Positions 38,244-48,030 of a stretch of 64,000 bases of DNA are shown one piece after another. Under the pieces are notes generated by a model. It saw nothing but the letters and a program-made list of their open reading frames with translations, was not told the origin of the DNA and searched no databases. The translations under genes and the position numbers were made by a program. The first letter of the stretch is position 1; every line of letters starts with the position of its first letter. Where the stretch lies: sequence record PP856017.1; one strand, 5' to 3'.

Positions 38244-39302
38244 CTACGCGTAGACTCGCGGAACACCCGCCGCGCTAGCGCGATAACTTCCGTCACCAAC
38301 CAGACGCACGTTTTCAGGCATGCCTGATTGATAGTTGACCTTCAGGGTGTAAGTGCCCGGCAGCCAAGCGAGAGACGTTGTTTTAAACGTGATCGGATAT
38401 TCGCTAGCACCCGGCTGGAAAGCCGTGTTCTCAATGTCATCTGCAGTCAGGTGCAGATTCAGAGCAGCGTTGATCTGATCGAGTATGCTGTATACCGTGA
38501 AAGGCTGGTTGGGCACCGTCACCGAGGGAATGTTTCCGTCTGTGAACTGGTCATTGATCGTGCTCGGGCTGACGCGAGTGATATACAACCACTGATCCAC
38601 ATACCCTTGTCGATGCGCATAAACATAGACTCGGGTATTGCGTCCGGCAGGAGCGACTGACACCGGTTCGATATCACCAAAATCGAAGTCAATCATCTCT
38701 TGCCAACTCACGGCGTTATCGTGGTTGGCAATGCTCGTCAGCTGCGCTTTTTGGTCTGCCTGGATGTCGGTTGCCGAGAGGAAACCAAACAACAGGTAAT
38801 TCGGATACAACAGATTTTTCTTACCGCCGCCCAGGACATTGATGTAACGCCACCCTGTCCAGATCTTCGAAGTAGGCTTTGCGGTGATGATAAAATCATC
38901 ATCCATTGTTGTGTACTCGGTATTTTCGAGATCGTTTTGTGTCAGCCGGACTCCCAGCTGATTGTTGATCGCGTCGAGTATGTCGTACGTTTTGAAAGGG
39001 ATGGCCAGCGGCTGAATGATGGAATCATCCTGCACGCGCAGCGCGGCGAGTGGAATCCGGTGATACAAGAATCCCGTCTCTCGCGGCTCCAGACGATAGT
39101 CGAACTTCGAGTTGACCACCGCGGAGATATACGAGTTTGGATCGTCTTCGATGTCTGGTCGCTGATCCAGTTCCATAGGGGTACCGAATGTCACCATGGG
39201 AGGTGGCAGTTTGTACTTATTGGTAACGTAGACCAGATCACAGAGGATGTCTGTTTCCGGACGATCGAAGTCGTATGTCAGGATGAACTGGAAGATCGAC
39301 AT
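38244..39302 (-). CDS. Virion structural protein with duplicated domain (fibre-adjacent)
   Basis: two PF..Y.ILD.IN..L...LT..D.EN...I..K.TS..W..G units. Confidence 0.75.
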   Translation of the reverse strand: MSIFQFILTYDFDRPETDILCDLVYVTNKYKLPPPMVTFGTPMELDQRPDIEDDPNSYISAVVNSKFDYRLEPRETGFLYHRIPLAALRVQDDSIIQPLAIPFKTYDILDAINNQLGVRLTQNDLENTEYTTMDDDFIITAKPTSKIWTGWRYINVLGGGKKNLLYPNYLLFGFLSATDIQADQKAQLTSIANHDNAVSWQEMIDFDFGDIEPVSVAPAGRNTRVYVYAHRQGYVDQWLYITRVSPSTINDQFTDGNIPSVTVPNQPFTVYSILDQINAALNLHLTADDIENTAFQPGASEYPITFKTTSLAWLPGTYTLKVNYQSGMPENVRLVGDGSYRASAAGVPRVYA

Positions 39303-39370
39303 ATGACTCCGTTCAGGGGTTGAAAAAACAAAAAAATAATACTTGGCTCAAACGATTAACCGCAAACATA

Positions 39371-39396
39371 CTATCAGGACCCTAGGGTCCTGATAG
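39371..39396. terminator. Perfect 26-bp palindrome/hairpin
   Basis: CTATCAGGACCCTAGGGTCCTGATAG. Confidence 0.75.
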
Positions 39397-39407
39397 CAGT
39401 TTATGGC

Positions 39408-39710
39408 TTAACGCTTGGTTGCCGGACGCGGATTGGCGAGGCCGCCGTACGAGTACAGATGGGTCGGATCGATACCAGCCATCTTGGCGTGGTGGAACAA
39501 TTCCTCGATCACTTCCGGCGTCATCTTGGGTGCGATGTTGCGACCCTTGAAGAAGAACGAGATCGTGATCGGGTTGTTCGCGCCTTCCTTCTTCCAGCTA
39601 CCGACGATGGCGCCATGTTCGCCGTGCTTGGCCGCTTCCGCTCCGAATGCGACTTCGAAGTGGTTGGTACGATTGTCGTTGCCCATGATTTTATTGATCA
39701 GCTTTTTCAT
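39408..39710 (-). CDS. Small hypothetical protein
   Basis: AAGGA SD; codon bias. Confidence 0.7.
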   Translation of the reverse strand: MKKLINKIMGNDNRTNHFEVAFGAEAAKHGEHGAIVGSWKKEGANNPITISFFFKGRNIAPKMTPEVIEELFHHAKMAGIDPTHLYSYGGLANPRPATKR

Positions 39711-39767
39711 TTCGGTTTTCCTTTTGATGCATTTTAAAAGTAGGGGCCGAAGCCCCCGGTTTACTAC

Positions 39768-40163
39768 TTACTGCTTCATCCAATCCGGAATGTTCTCCGG
39801 ATCGGCGTAGTACTGCTGCTGCGGAAAGCCCTTCGGCGTGGCATGCCAGCCAAGCTTTTCGGGTTCTTTCTGAAACGGATCGATCTCGCGTTCGATATCC
39901 ACGAACTTAAGAACTTCCGCATCATCCACAGCACGAAACACAGGAATCCATTCTTCCGTCTCGCGGATGTAGGTCCATTGCGTTTCGCCAAGCCCATCGA
40001 CCAGTTTGTCCATGGTCTCTTCCAGATGCGAATCCTGGATGGGCACGTCCTTTCCCTCGTGACGGAACAACAAGCACGGAGAATCGCGCAGATACAACTT
40101 ACTGTTGATATCGGCGAGTGTATAGATTTCGCCATTGCGCGGACGGATCAGATTCTTTTCCAT
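39768..40163 (-). CDS. Hypothetical protein
   Basis: 131-aa ORF. Confidence 0.65.
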   Translation of the reverse strand: MEKNLIRPRNGEIYTLADINSKLYLRDSPCLLFRHEGKDVPIQDSHLEETMDKLVDGLGETQWTYIRETEEWIPVFRAVDDAEVLKFVDIEREIDPFQKEPEKLGWHATPKGFPQQQYYADPENIPDWMKQ

Positions 40164-40227
40164 GATGCGTAATTCTCCTAAAAAGGTTTTGAGCGGGAAC
40201 GAAATGTTCCCATTTTGGTCAAGCTGT

Positions 40228-40707
40228 TTACATCCCGTACTTCACGAGGAAGTCGTCGAACTTCGAGTAGAAAGTCGAACGCTCCATGATTTCGCCATGA
40301 AAGGCGCGCGGCGAAATACGTGCGTCGACATCGACCTTGAATGCCTGAAGCATAACTTCGGCAATCATCGGCTCGATACGTTGGACGAAATTGCGATTAT
40401 AATCCGCCTCGAAACCAAAGTGATTCAGAATCGTCAGATACGTATTGACATCTTCGGCTGAATCGAATCGGCCGAGATGGAAACGTTCTTCATGACACTG
40501 GCTGCGAAACCGATGCGACATCACCCAGTTATTCACCTTCACGATAACTTTCGGAGCACCTAGTCGTTCATCATTCATGATGATGAAAGGATTCCATCGC
40601 AAATCAACAACGCCGTTTTCTGCGCCGGTGAAGAACGACATCGACTTCAGAACTTCACCGCCGTATTCCACGACGACGATAGGTTTCTTGCTCATTCCAT
40701 ACTCCAT
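40228..40707 (-). CDS. Hypothetical protein
   Basis: 159 aa downstream of early-promoter motif. Confidence 0.65.
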   Translation of the reverse strand: MEYGMSKKPIVVVEYGGEVLKSMSFFTGAENGVVDLRWNPFIIMNDERLGAPKVIVKVNNWVMSHRFRSQCHEERFHLGRFDSAEDVNTYLTILNHFGFEADYNRNFVQRIEPMIAEVMLQAFKVDVDARISPRAFHGEIMERSTFYSKFDDFLVKYGM

Positions 40708-40749
40708 TGTAGAAGGAAGTCAAAGCCTTTGATGGGCTTTATCCATTTC

Positions 40750-40770
40750 GTTATATATTACTGAAATAAT
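40750..40770 (-). promoter_or_regulatory. Putative early promoter
   Basis: ATTATTTCAGTAATATATAAC. Confidence 0.6.
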
Positions 40771-40785
40771 CTAAAAGCAGACATA

Positions 40786-40816
40786 GACGAGGATAGGGCT
40801 TTCGCCCTATCCTGTC
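40786..40816 (-). terminator. Hairpin ending virion block transcript
   Basis: GGATAGGGC/GCCCTATCC, GAAA loop on minus strand. Confidence 0.75.
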
Positions 40817-40823
40817 CTCTCGT

Positions 40824-42206
40824 TTATTCCAAACCGACCAGACCAGCCTGATTGGGTTCGTCAGCACGTACGAAGATCACGAGTGCAATGAATGAACGAA
40901 ATCCGTTAGCCAACAGACCTTGTCCATTCATCTTCGTATTGATGTGTGCCTTCAGCAGTTTGCCGTTTACCTCTTTCACATCACCTTCATTCAAGAACAT
41001 GATCTTCACGCTCAAGCCAGGTTTGATGAGAGTCGGATCAGCGTTCTCCCATTCCAGCGTGTAGTAATGACCCTGACTACGCGCAAGACGGGAAGTTGCC
41101 AGATACGGGTTAGCAGTAATTGCTTCAGGTGACATACGAACATTGTTCTTGCCGTTACCGGCTTGTTCGCCAACGAACTCACTGTTGTTCTGACTGCGTC
41201 GAACCAGTGCGGTGTTGTTGCTATCCTTGGAGAAGCCCTGAACGATCTGATTAGCGTCTGCAAACATGACACCGTTACCAGCATTGTCCTGGATCTGACT
41301 CTTGTCAGATTGAATCTTCTTGTTACCCGTTGACAGAATGGTCGTGATGCCATTCTGAGTCAGGTAAGTCTTTTCGACCTGGGGATAGCGTTTCGCAGGA
41401 ACAGAGATGATGATGAACTTTTCTTTCGCATCATCGAAGCCTGCTGTGTCGTAAGGCGGGTAGACATGCCACACCCGATCATGGACATACTGCGCCATGC
41501 CAGATGGGAATACACCGCCTGCCTTTTTGTGTACGTAGTCAGCCAGATCAGAAAGCATCACGCCGTGGTCAACTACCACCTGCGCCAACTTGTCGGTTGA
41601 GGCCGACGGATGCATATCCACACCCAGCAGCTTCAGATCGTCATCGAGATCGAGCAGGCTGCAGTGATGCGTGATTGCATTCTTGATTACATCTGCCGTG
41701 GTCGTGTTGGTGTGGTTGCCACCTACCGTTACCTTGGAGACGTCATCGAGTAACTTGGGCTTAAGCTGAATGTCGACCGACACAAAATCCATCAGGTTCT
41801 GTACCGTCGAGCTTAAGTTTTCCGTGTTGTTGTCTTCCGACATGAAAGGACGAGCCTTCGGGTCGATAGACACATTGAACGTTTCGACTGTGACCGATCC
41901 AGCTGCATCGGACTTGTCGTAGCTTGTGGGATTCAGGAGTTCCGTTTTCAGGATGAATTCCAAACTCCCACGAGCCGGATAGATCTTCGTGGACCAATCA
42001 CCCAACATCATGACCACACGAATCATCTTCACAGCGCCGAAGTTCAATTCGAAGTCAGCATGCTCGTCCAGATCTGTGATCTTGATCACGTCGTACGTTG
42101 CAGAACCTACTTTGAACTGACCAGTGTAACTGTAGTAATTGGGGGTGAAGCTGGACGTCAAGACTCGTTGAATCTCAAAGTCCAGCGGGGTGCTATCGAT
42201 AATCAT
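40824..42206 (-). CDS. Virion protein, baseplate/hub-like (phiKZ gp101-like position)
   Basis: 460 aa; synteny; W.NAD..LIKPG..V motif. Confidence 0.7.
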   Translation of the reverse strand: MIIDSTPLDFEIQRVLTSSFTPNYYSYTGQFKVGSATYDVIKITDLDEHADFELNFGAVKMIRVVMMLGDWSTKIYPARGSLEFILKTELLNPTSYDKSDAAGSVTVETFNVSIDPKARPFMSEDNNTENLSSTVQNLMDFVSVDIQLKPKLLDDVSKVTVGGNHTNTTTADVIKNAITHHCSLLDLDDDLKLLGVDMHPSASTDKLAQVVVDHGVMLSDLADYVHKKAGGVFPSGMAQYVHDRVWHVYPPYDTAGFDDAKEKFIIISVPAKRYPQVEKTYLTQNGITTILSTGNKKIQSDKSQIQDNAGNGVMFADANQIVQGFSKDSNNTALVRRSQNNSEFVGEQAGNGKNNVRMSPEAITANPYLATSRLARSQGHYYTLEWENADPTLIKPGLSVKIMFLNEGDVKEVNGKLLKAHINTKMNGQGLLANGFRSFIALVIFVRADEPNQAGLVGLE

Positions 42207-42907
42207 TGAACGCGACCATGAATGCCATTACGGTCCATGTACGACAGGAAGATGTCGCGCATGGTCGGACGTTCCGGCAACTTCTTCTCTTCTTGCTGAG
42301 TGACGGGTTTGGCGTCCACGACAGGATTGGGAGAATAGCGGTTGCGAACAGTGTACTGATCGCTTTTGATTTTGCCGCGGTTCTTGACACGGTTGTCCAC
42401 AGCTTCGAACATTTTGTGCAAGTCGACGATCTCACGCTGCACGCCTTCAGGAATGAATGTGCGAGCGAACTCTTCGCCATACTCGTGACCAGCGTACTGA
42501 TACACGGCTTCAGCGAATTCGTCGATCTGGACCAGGTCTTCGAACGGCACATTGTGATTGAACACAGTGTTCTGAATCCGCCGAGCCCAATCGAACGTAT
42601 AGTCCTGACAGATCTCGTAGATTGCCTTGGTGTCATCACGCTTGATGATGCTTACCATCGTGTGTTCGTGATAGTACTCCACCATCTGCGCAATGGTGAT
42701 GTATACGGGAGCGAGTTGCTTCATCAGCTCCCGGTCAACGTTTTGGTTACCCGAAGTGGGCAGGCCATAGCGTTCAAGATACGCCGTACCGTAACGAGCG
42801 ATACGAGGCACCTTGCAATACCAGACCCGCCCCCAGATCGGATACCGAGGATCATCCATCGGGATGCTACTCGGGTTAGGTGGGCGTTTCTTTTCTTGTT
42901 GGGTCAT
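42203..42907 (-). CDS. Conserved protein (phiKZ gp100-like position)
   Basis: synteny, coupled overlaps. Confidence 0.65.
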   Translation of the reverse strand: MTQQEKKRPPNPSSIPMDDPRYPIWGRVWYCKVPRIARYGTAYLERYGLPTSGNQNVDRELMKQLAPVYITIAQMVEYYHEHTMVSIIKRDDTKAIYEICQDYTFDWARRIQNTVFNHNVPFEDLVQIDEFAEAVYQYAGHEYGEEFARTFIPEGVQREIVDLHKMFEAVDNRVKNRGKIKSDQYTVRNRYSPNPVVDAKPVTQQEEKKLPERPTMRDIFLSYMDRNGIHGRVQ

Positions 42908-44253
42908 AGCCTTCTGAGATTGTATTTGATCAACACCAGGAGCAGAGGAATGTAATAGAACCGTTCCACATGTCCCCAGTTGAGGATGTCTTCACACAGT
43001 TTCAGAATATCGCGCGCGGCGATAATTTTAAAGTCGATGTAATTCAACAACAGACTTTCGAGCAAAGACAGATTCGTGTTGTCCCGTGTATAGAACGCAC
43101 TGGAGAGGACGTAGCCGTCCAGCATGTTCACGGGTTTGATGAGAGGCTGCGTGCCCACTGTGCCATCCGACGGAGGCGGAGGAGCTACGTAAGGCGGCAT
43201 TGTCGAGACAATGTTCACCGGCAACACAGGCTTCTGGATTTCTTTGGCCATCATGAAATCCACGTTGGTCTTCGCATCAAGCGGATACACCACCTGACCG
43301 ATTCCCGTATAACGCATGGAACCCATGAGGCCCGAGCGATGGAAGTTCACGCGAGAGGTCACACCAGTTTTGGTGTAGATCATCTTCATGAGCTTCGCAT
43401 CGCGATTGGCAATCATCGTCCACAGACTCAACGCCGTGATCGCACCATCGTCACCGATGTTCAATTCACGGATCGACTGGATATGAACGTCGTCGAAAGA
43501 ATTCATGATCGACTTGACGAAATCCACGATGCCATGGTCGTACGTCGGTACGTCCTGCATGGGAACGACGATCGTCATGAATTCACGACTGAAGTACTGG
43601 TTGAAGTATAACTGGATCGTATCGTACCAGTACTCGGTGAGTTTCTTGCTGTTGTGGTAATCTTCTTCGACAAGCAGAGGATTCTGCAGATTCAGCAGGA
43701 AATCCTTGACGAAGTAATACGTCACCAGCGTCTTCTGATCCAGGTCGTAGATACGCGCCGGATCGTTGATCGCAATCAGCTGATACTCAACCGTGTGGGC
43801 GGTATCGACGAAGATCTGCATGGCCTGGACTTTCGTGATCTTGAAAAGACCTTCACGTCCATCAGCCACACCAGCACGGAACATGTCTCCTTCCTGAGGA
43901 ACCAGGAAAGGATAGATATTCGACATACCTTGCAGCGTCATTTCGTTGGTGCCAGGATCTTGAGAGACTTGCGTCAAATCCTGAGTCACCTTGAACTCCA
44001 TCGACCAGATGCGCCGGTATCCCTGAAGTACCGCTGGCAAGGAACCATCTTGGCCTTTGAGTTCACTGTTCTTGTCGAGGATTTGTGAGTAGTAATCTAC
44101 CACCCACGGCGAACCCTCGATATAAGCCAGCAGATCGCTCTGCGGCGTATAGGTCGTGTCAATGACCGCCGTCTTCACACCCGGCTTGAACGGACGAACA
44201 ATATCCGGCCTCGGGTTAGTAGGGGCTGAGTCAGTATCTGTCCAAAGTGGCAT
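42904..44253 (-). CDS. Virion structural protein (phiKZ gp99-like position)
   Basis: 449 aa; W.V.YYSQ, P..GDMF.A, ERFYY.P motifs. Confidence 0.75.
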   Translation of the reverse strand: MPLWTDTDSAPTNPRPDIVRPFKPGVKTAVIDTTYTPQSDLLAYIEGSPWVVDYYSQILDKNSELKGQDGSLPAVLQGYRRIWSMEFKVTQDLTQVSQDPGTNEMTLQGMSNIYPFLVPQEGDMFRAGVADGREGLFKITKVQAMQIFVDTAHTVEYQLIAINDPARIYDLDQKTLVTYYFVKDFLLNLQNPLLVEEDYHNSKKLTEYWYDTIQLYFNQYFSREFMTIVVPMQDVPTYDHGIVDFVKSIMNSFDDVHIQSIRELNIGDDGAITALSLWTMIANRDAKLMKMIYTKTGVTSRVNFHRSGLMGSMRYTGIGQVVYPLDAKTNVDFMMAKEIQKPVLPVNIVSTMPPYVAPPPPSDGTVGTQPLIKPVNMLDGYVLSSAFYTRDNTNLSLLESLLLNYIDFKIIAARDILKLCEDILNWGHVERFYYIPLLLVLIKYNLRRL

Positions 44254-44261
44254 TGCGTCCT

Positions 44262-45818
44262 CTATTTCTTCGTAATTTCGTAAACGCCATTAACCGTCGC
44301 AAACTGCACAGTCTTCATGGCTCGATTGATGGTTCGTCCCTTCAGACACTCTGCGAACTTGTCGTAAGCGGCAGGCGTCAAACCGTTGGCGATGATCTGA
44401 TCGCACGGACGGTAGGGAGCCGAAGTTGTCGGACTGATGTAGCCCACAATCTGGTCGAATGCGCAACGCTGAGCACGCAGGCGAGCTTTGGCGTCTTCCG
44501 TGATGTACGTCAGGTCCGTCGTTACTGCAATGCGGACATGATAGTACTTACGCTTGTTCAGAGGCTTCGTACTCCAGACGTTCAGGTTTTCATCCACTCG
44601 AATCCACGAAGGATCCATGAGCAGACGTCCCATGTAGAGGGAAACCGTCACAGCCGAGTTACGCGGCTGGGTCACGTACTGAGCTTCAGATGCAATGAAC
44701 TGCTTCATGCAGTCACTGAATTTGAACCCGTATGCATCCTGTTCCAGATCTGCCAAATTCATGAGCAGGTTCGGTTGACCTTCCGGCTCGTCACCAACCA
44801 GAACGAGAGTCGTCACCATTCGCATCGTCCTGTCAGGAACGTTACGCGGCATGAACTCATCGAAGGTCGGAAAGTAACGGCCCGGGAAATCACGATAGAC
44901 CTGAGCAACATTGTTCATCGACTCGAATGACTTCAGATGAGCCATCGACCAGGTACGCGATTGTTGATGATCCTGCAGGCGCTGGAAGCCTTCTTCGTTA
45001 CGATACTTCTTACCCAGGATTTGATTGTGAATCACGATCGGGTACATGAAGTGAACCGCCTTCGGCTTCTCGTAACGGAGTACATACGGGATTTCAACTT
45101 CCCACACGTCCGTCTCATCTTTACGCTGACCGAAGTCAGGTTCAGAGCCGATGTCAAAGTAGCCGATGCAACGCATCTGGGTTTCTTTGAAAACACCCAA
45201 CGTGTTCTTGCCGACCTGATCGGTCAAAAGACCGTAGCGTGGGTTGACCCACTTGTTAAAGAAGGTCTCAAAGTCGTCACCATAGCCATCCACAGCCTCT
45301 GTAAGACGATGGATCTCCTTAAGGATGACCATGTATGCCTCAGGCATGGAAAACGAGTACTGAAGCGTATGAAGCCACGTATCTTCACGATTCGGGATCT
45401 TCATGATCATGTAATCGTACCACCGACGAGCGTCGGTTTTGTTCTTGGCACGATAATGGATCGTGAATTTCATCTCCACACTGGCATAAATCGGACGCAT
45501 CTCGATTTCGAGATCGCGATTCAGAAAGAGCGGAATCTGTTCGGGTTGCTTGGTTACCATGGCGGGCAACCAGTCATTCACGTAGTTCTCCGTGATCTCG
45601 ATAAAGATCTTGTCAGTCGTCGGAAAACGAACGCTTTCGTATTTGTTGGAAATGTAACCGTGTGGCTGAGCGACCGTATCCGAATAACCCGGATAGTTGA
45701 TGTTCATGGTGGGAGGCAAACCCATGCGGTCGATCAGAATCTCCTGGACTGTCGCCACGGCAATAGCACGACTAACCGATTGATCGGACTCCAGGATAGG
45801 ACGTTCTACTTTAGGCAT
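44262..45818 (-). CDS. Virion structural protein (phiKZ gp98-like position)
   Basis: 518 aa; synteny. Confidence 0.7.
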   Translation of the reverse strand: MPKVERPILESDQSVSRAIAVATVQEILIDRMGLPPTMNINYPGYSDTVAQPHGYISNKYESVRFPTTDKIFIEITENYVNDWLPAMVTKQPEQIPLFLNRDLEIEMRPIYASVEMKFTIHYRAKNKTDARRWYDYMIMKIPNREDTWLHTLQYSFSMPEAYMVILKEIHRLTEAVDGYGDDFETFFNKWVNPRYGLLTDQVGKNTLGVFKETQMRCIGYFDIGSEPDFGQRKDETDVWEVEIPYVLRYEKPKAVHFMYPIVIHNQILGKKYRNEEGFQRLQDHQQSRTWSMAHLKSFESMNNVAQVYRDFPGRYFPTFDEFMPRNVPDRTMRMVTTLVLVGDEPEGQPNLLMNLADLEQDAYGFKFSDCMKQFIASEAQYVTQPRNSAVTVSLYMGRLLMDPSWIRVDENLNVWSTKPLNKRKYYHVRIAVTTDLTYITEDAKARLRAQRCAFDQIVGYISPTTSAPYRPCDQIIANGLTPAAYDKFAECLKGRTINRAMKTVQFATVNGVYEITKK

Positions 45819-45852
45819 AATTGTACCGTGTTAGTTCTAAGTCAAAAGATGG

Positions 45853-46269
45853 TCATTCATTTCGACGCATGTATTCAGGCAGATCAGGAAACGGCAAGAT
45901 CTTTCCCTTCAATTCGTGAGAGCAGTCTGACAGAAAGAACACTTCTCCAGGCTTCGCGCCATTACATCCTACCCACGTATGGCAGAGCGTGCATTTGAAA
46001 TCGTGTTCGTCTTCCGGATGCTTCTCGTTAAACGTACACCAGCAATCATCTCCTGGTTTATGACTGCTACAGAAGTGGCCGGTCTTGGTTACGACACTCG
46101 GACCAAAGACGGGGTTGTTCACGTCTCCATTCCATGTCCAGTTCTGTCCCGGACCACCACCCTTAAGTGTTACCTGATGCGATGTCTCGCACCCCTGACA
46201 CCAGTACATCAAACCACTGCGGCCGTAGCCATCGGCCCAGCTGCGCAGTTTTGAAGAAAGCAGTCCCAT
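45853..46269 (-). CDS. DUF6527-like Cys/His-rich protein
   Basis: WCQGC..H, WTWNGD..PVFGPSV, CH..FLSDC.H pattern. Confidence 0.7.
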   Translation of the reverse strand: MGLLSSKLRSWADGYGRSGLMYWCQGCETSHQVTLKGGGPGQNWTWNGDVNNPVFGPSVVTKTGHFCSSHKPGDDCWCTFNEKHPEDEHDFKCTLCHTWVGCNGAKPGEVFFLSDCSHELKGKILPFPDLPEYMRRNE

Positions 46270-46304
46270 GATCTTCTCAATAAAGATTAACCAAAGGATC
46301 AACA

Positions 46305-46332
46305 CTACCAGTAGCCTTGCGGCTACTGGTAG
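46305..46332 (-). terminator. Hairpin
   Basis: 12-bp stem, GCAA loop on minus strand. Confidence 0.75.
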
Positions 46333-46349
46333 AGGATCTTGCGTTTGCT

Positions 46350-46610
46350 TTAGTCGTCGCCGCGTGTGCGTTCACGGAAAGAACTGTGGCCGTTCATGCG
46401 AGCTTTCAGGTCCGAATTGCGACCATCATGAATCAGCTTGCGTGCAGTACCACGAACTGCATCGCCTACAGCACCGGCTGCCACTTTCACCGTGCCTTTG
46501 GCGAGTTCCTTGACGTTGTTCACGTCGTCTTTGACAGACTGCTTGGCGCCTTCCCAGGAGCTCAGGGAAACCTGGCTCTTGCGCGGCTTGTCGATTTGAT
46601 AGAAGCCCAT
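46350..46610 (-). CDS. Small putative internal head protein
   Basis: 86 aa, S-W-E site then amphipathic helix. Confidence 0.55.
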   Translation of the reverse strand: MGFYQIDKPRKSQVSLSSWEGAKQSVKDDVNNVKELAKGTVKVAAGAVGDAVRGTARKLIHDGRNSDLKARMNGHSSFRERTRGDD

Positions 46611-46612
46611 GA

Positions 46613-47923
46613 TCAGTGTCCGTGTTTCTTCAGTTCAACGTGGTTACCGTTCGTGCTATTGAAATGCAGAACGTACGTCGAGAGGTTGATGAACCCGTTG
46701 ACCACCTGGTCCACGAGACCGAAGTACATCAAGCCCGGCTGATCCATCGTCTTCTGGAAGAACTTCAGATCGTACATCATGAAGTCACGTTCAGCCTTCT
46801 TGTCCTTCGAGGAGAACAGATTGGCGCCGTGCTGCTTGATCTTGGCTTCCACCGCTTTGACGAAAGCTTCCTTGTCGCGCTGGTATTGTTCGATCTTCTC
46901 AGTGACTTTCTCGATCTGCATATTCAGGAACTGAATGTTCTCGATCAGCTTATCGGGGTTTGCGAAGTCGCCATCCAACACAGCGAATTTAGCGTAGTTG
47001 ACAACGCCTTCGACTTTCGTCTTGGCAATGCGCAACTCGTCAACCCACTTCAGATTGGCCTTCATCACATCGTCTTCTTTGTCGCCATACTTCGGCGGCT
47101 CGGGCATCTGGATGGTCACGAACGTGTTATCGCCGAATTCTTCCGACGCATACACTTTCATGTTGCCGTTCTTGCCACGGGTAGCGGCGAGAATCTTACC
47201 GTCGTGCGTTTCGGGGAACGCGATGGGCATCGGTTTGCTCGATTGCGAATCTCCGATGATGCTTTCCTTAGCCGACTTGTTCATCTCAGCCTGCGCGGAA
47301 AACACTTTGATCAATTCGCTACCGATCTTCGCCAGATAGGTACCATTCATGATCCCTTCGTGCGTGCAGATAGGCTTGAGGATTTCAGGTTTGGACAGGT
47401 CGACCTTGACGAAGAAACCATCTGCGCCACGCTGATACGGAGCGGTCTTCTTCTCTTCGTCAGTGAGGGATTCCACCTTCTCCTTGACTTCCTCTGCCTT
47501 TTGTTTGAGTTCAGCAGTCTTCTCTTCACGGTCCTTGTTGCGACCGAAGATCCGCTTGATCAAACCCCACACCCACTGGAATGCCTTCTTGATCGCATTG
47601 ATGATCGACATGAAGACATTCTTGACACCTTCGCCGAAGCCTTCCAGCGCCACCTGACTCAGGTCATGGGGAGCATAGGCTTGCAGATCAGGCATCACCT
47701 TATTCGATGCATAGCCGATTCGTCCCATTCGCAAGAACGATTCAACCGAATGCTGGACGAGTTTGTAAGCCGTCTCATCGAGTCCCTTGTCGCCGTCAGC
47801 CATCAAGTCCTGTGTTTCCGTCAACGACTCCAGGGACAAAATTGCTGTTTCGACTTTCTCGTTATCGTGAGCATACGCCTGGAGGTCCAATTCCAGATCG
47901 TCGGCATAGCGGTTTGCGCTCAT
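46613..47923 (-). CDS. Internal head protein (phiKZ gp93-97 family paralog)
   Basis: acidic propeptide, SLE/SVE/ALE sites, I..AIKK..W..F..IFG motif. Confidence 0.8.
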   Translation of the reverse strand: MSANRYADDLELDLQAYAHDNEKVETAILSLESLTETQDLMADGDKGLDETAYKLVQHSVESFLRMGRIGYASNKVMPDLQAYAPHDLSQVALEGFGEGVKNVFMSIINAIKKAFQWVWGLIKRIFGRNKDREEKTAELKQKAEEVKEKVESLTDEEKKTAPYQRGADGFFVKVDLSKPEILKPICTHEGIMNGTYLAKIGSELIKVFSAQAEMNKSAKESIIGDSQSSKPMPIAFPETHDGKILAATRGKNGNMKVYASEEFGDNTFVTIQMPEPPKYGDKEDDVMKANLKWVDELRIAKTKVEGVVNYAKFAVLDGDFANPDKLIENIQFLNMQIEKVTEKIEQYQRDKEAFVKAVEAKIKQHGANLFSSKDKKAERDFMMYDLKFFQKTMDQPGLMYFGLVDQVVNGFINLSTYVLHFNSTNGNHVELKKHGH

Positions 47924-47952
47924 CGGTTTACCATTAAGTAGACGTCATAAGA

Positions 47953-47984
47953 GATACTCAAGGGGCCGAAGCCCCCTGAGTATC
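47953..47984 (-). terminator. Hairpin
   Basis: GATACTCA.GGGGC-CGAA-GCCCC.TGAGTATC. Confidence 0.75.
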
Positions 47985-48030
47985 CCGTTTGACAGACCTA
48001 AGTCAGTCTACCTGCATCAGGCGCGGAAGC

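Noticed and set aside
39371-39396. Perfect palindrome as an integrase or recombination site
   Set aside because: No recombinase nearby; context matches the other intergenic hairpins
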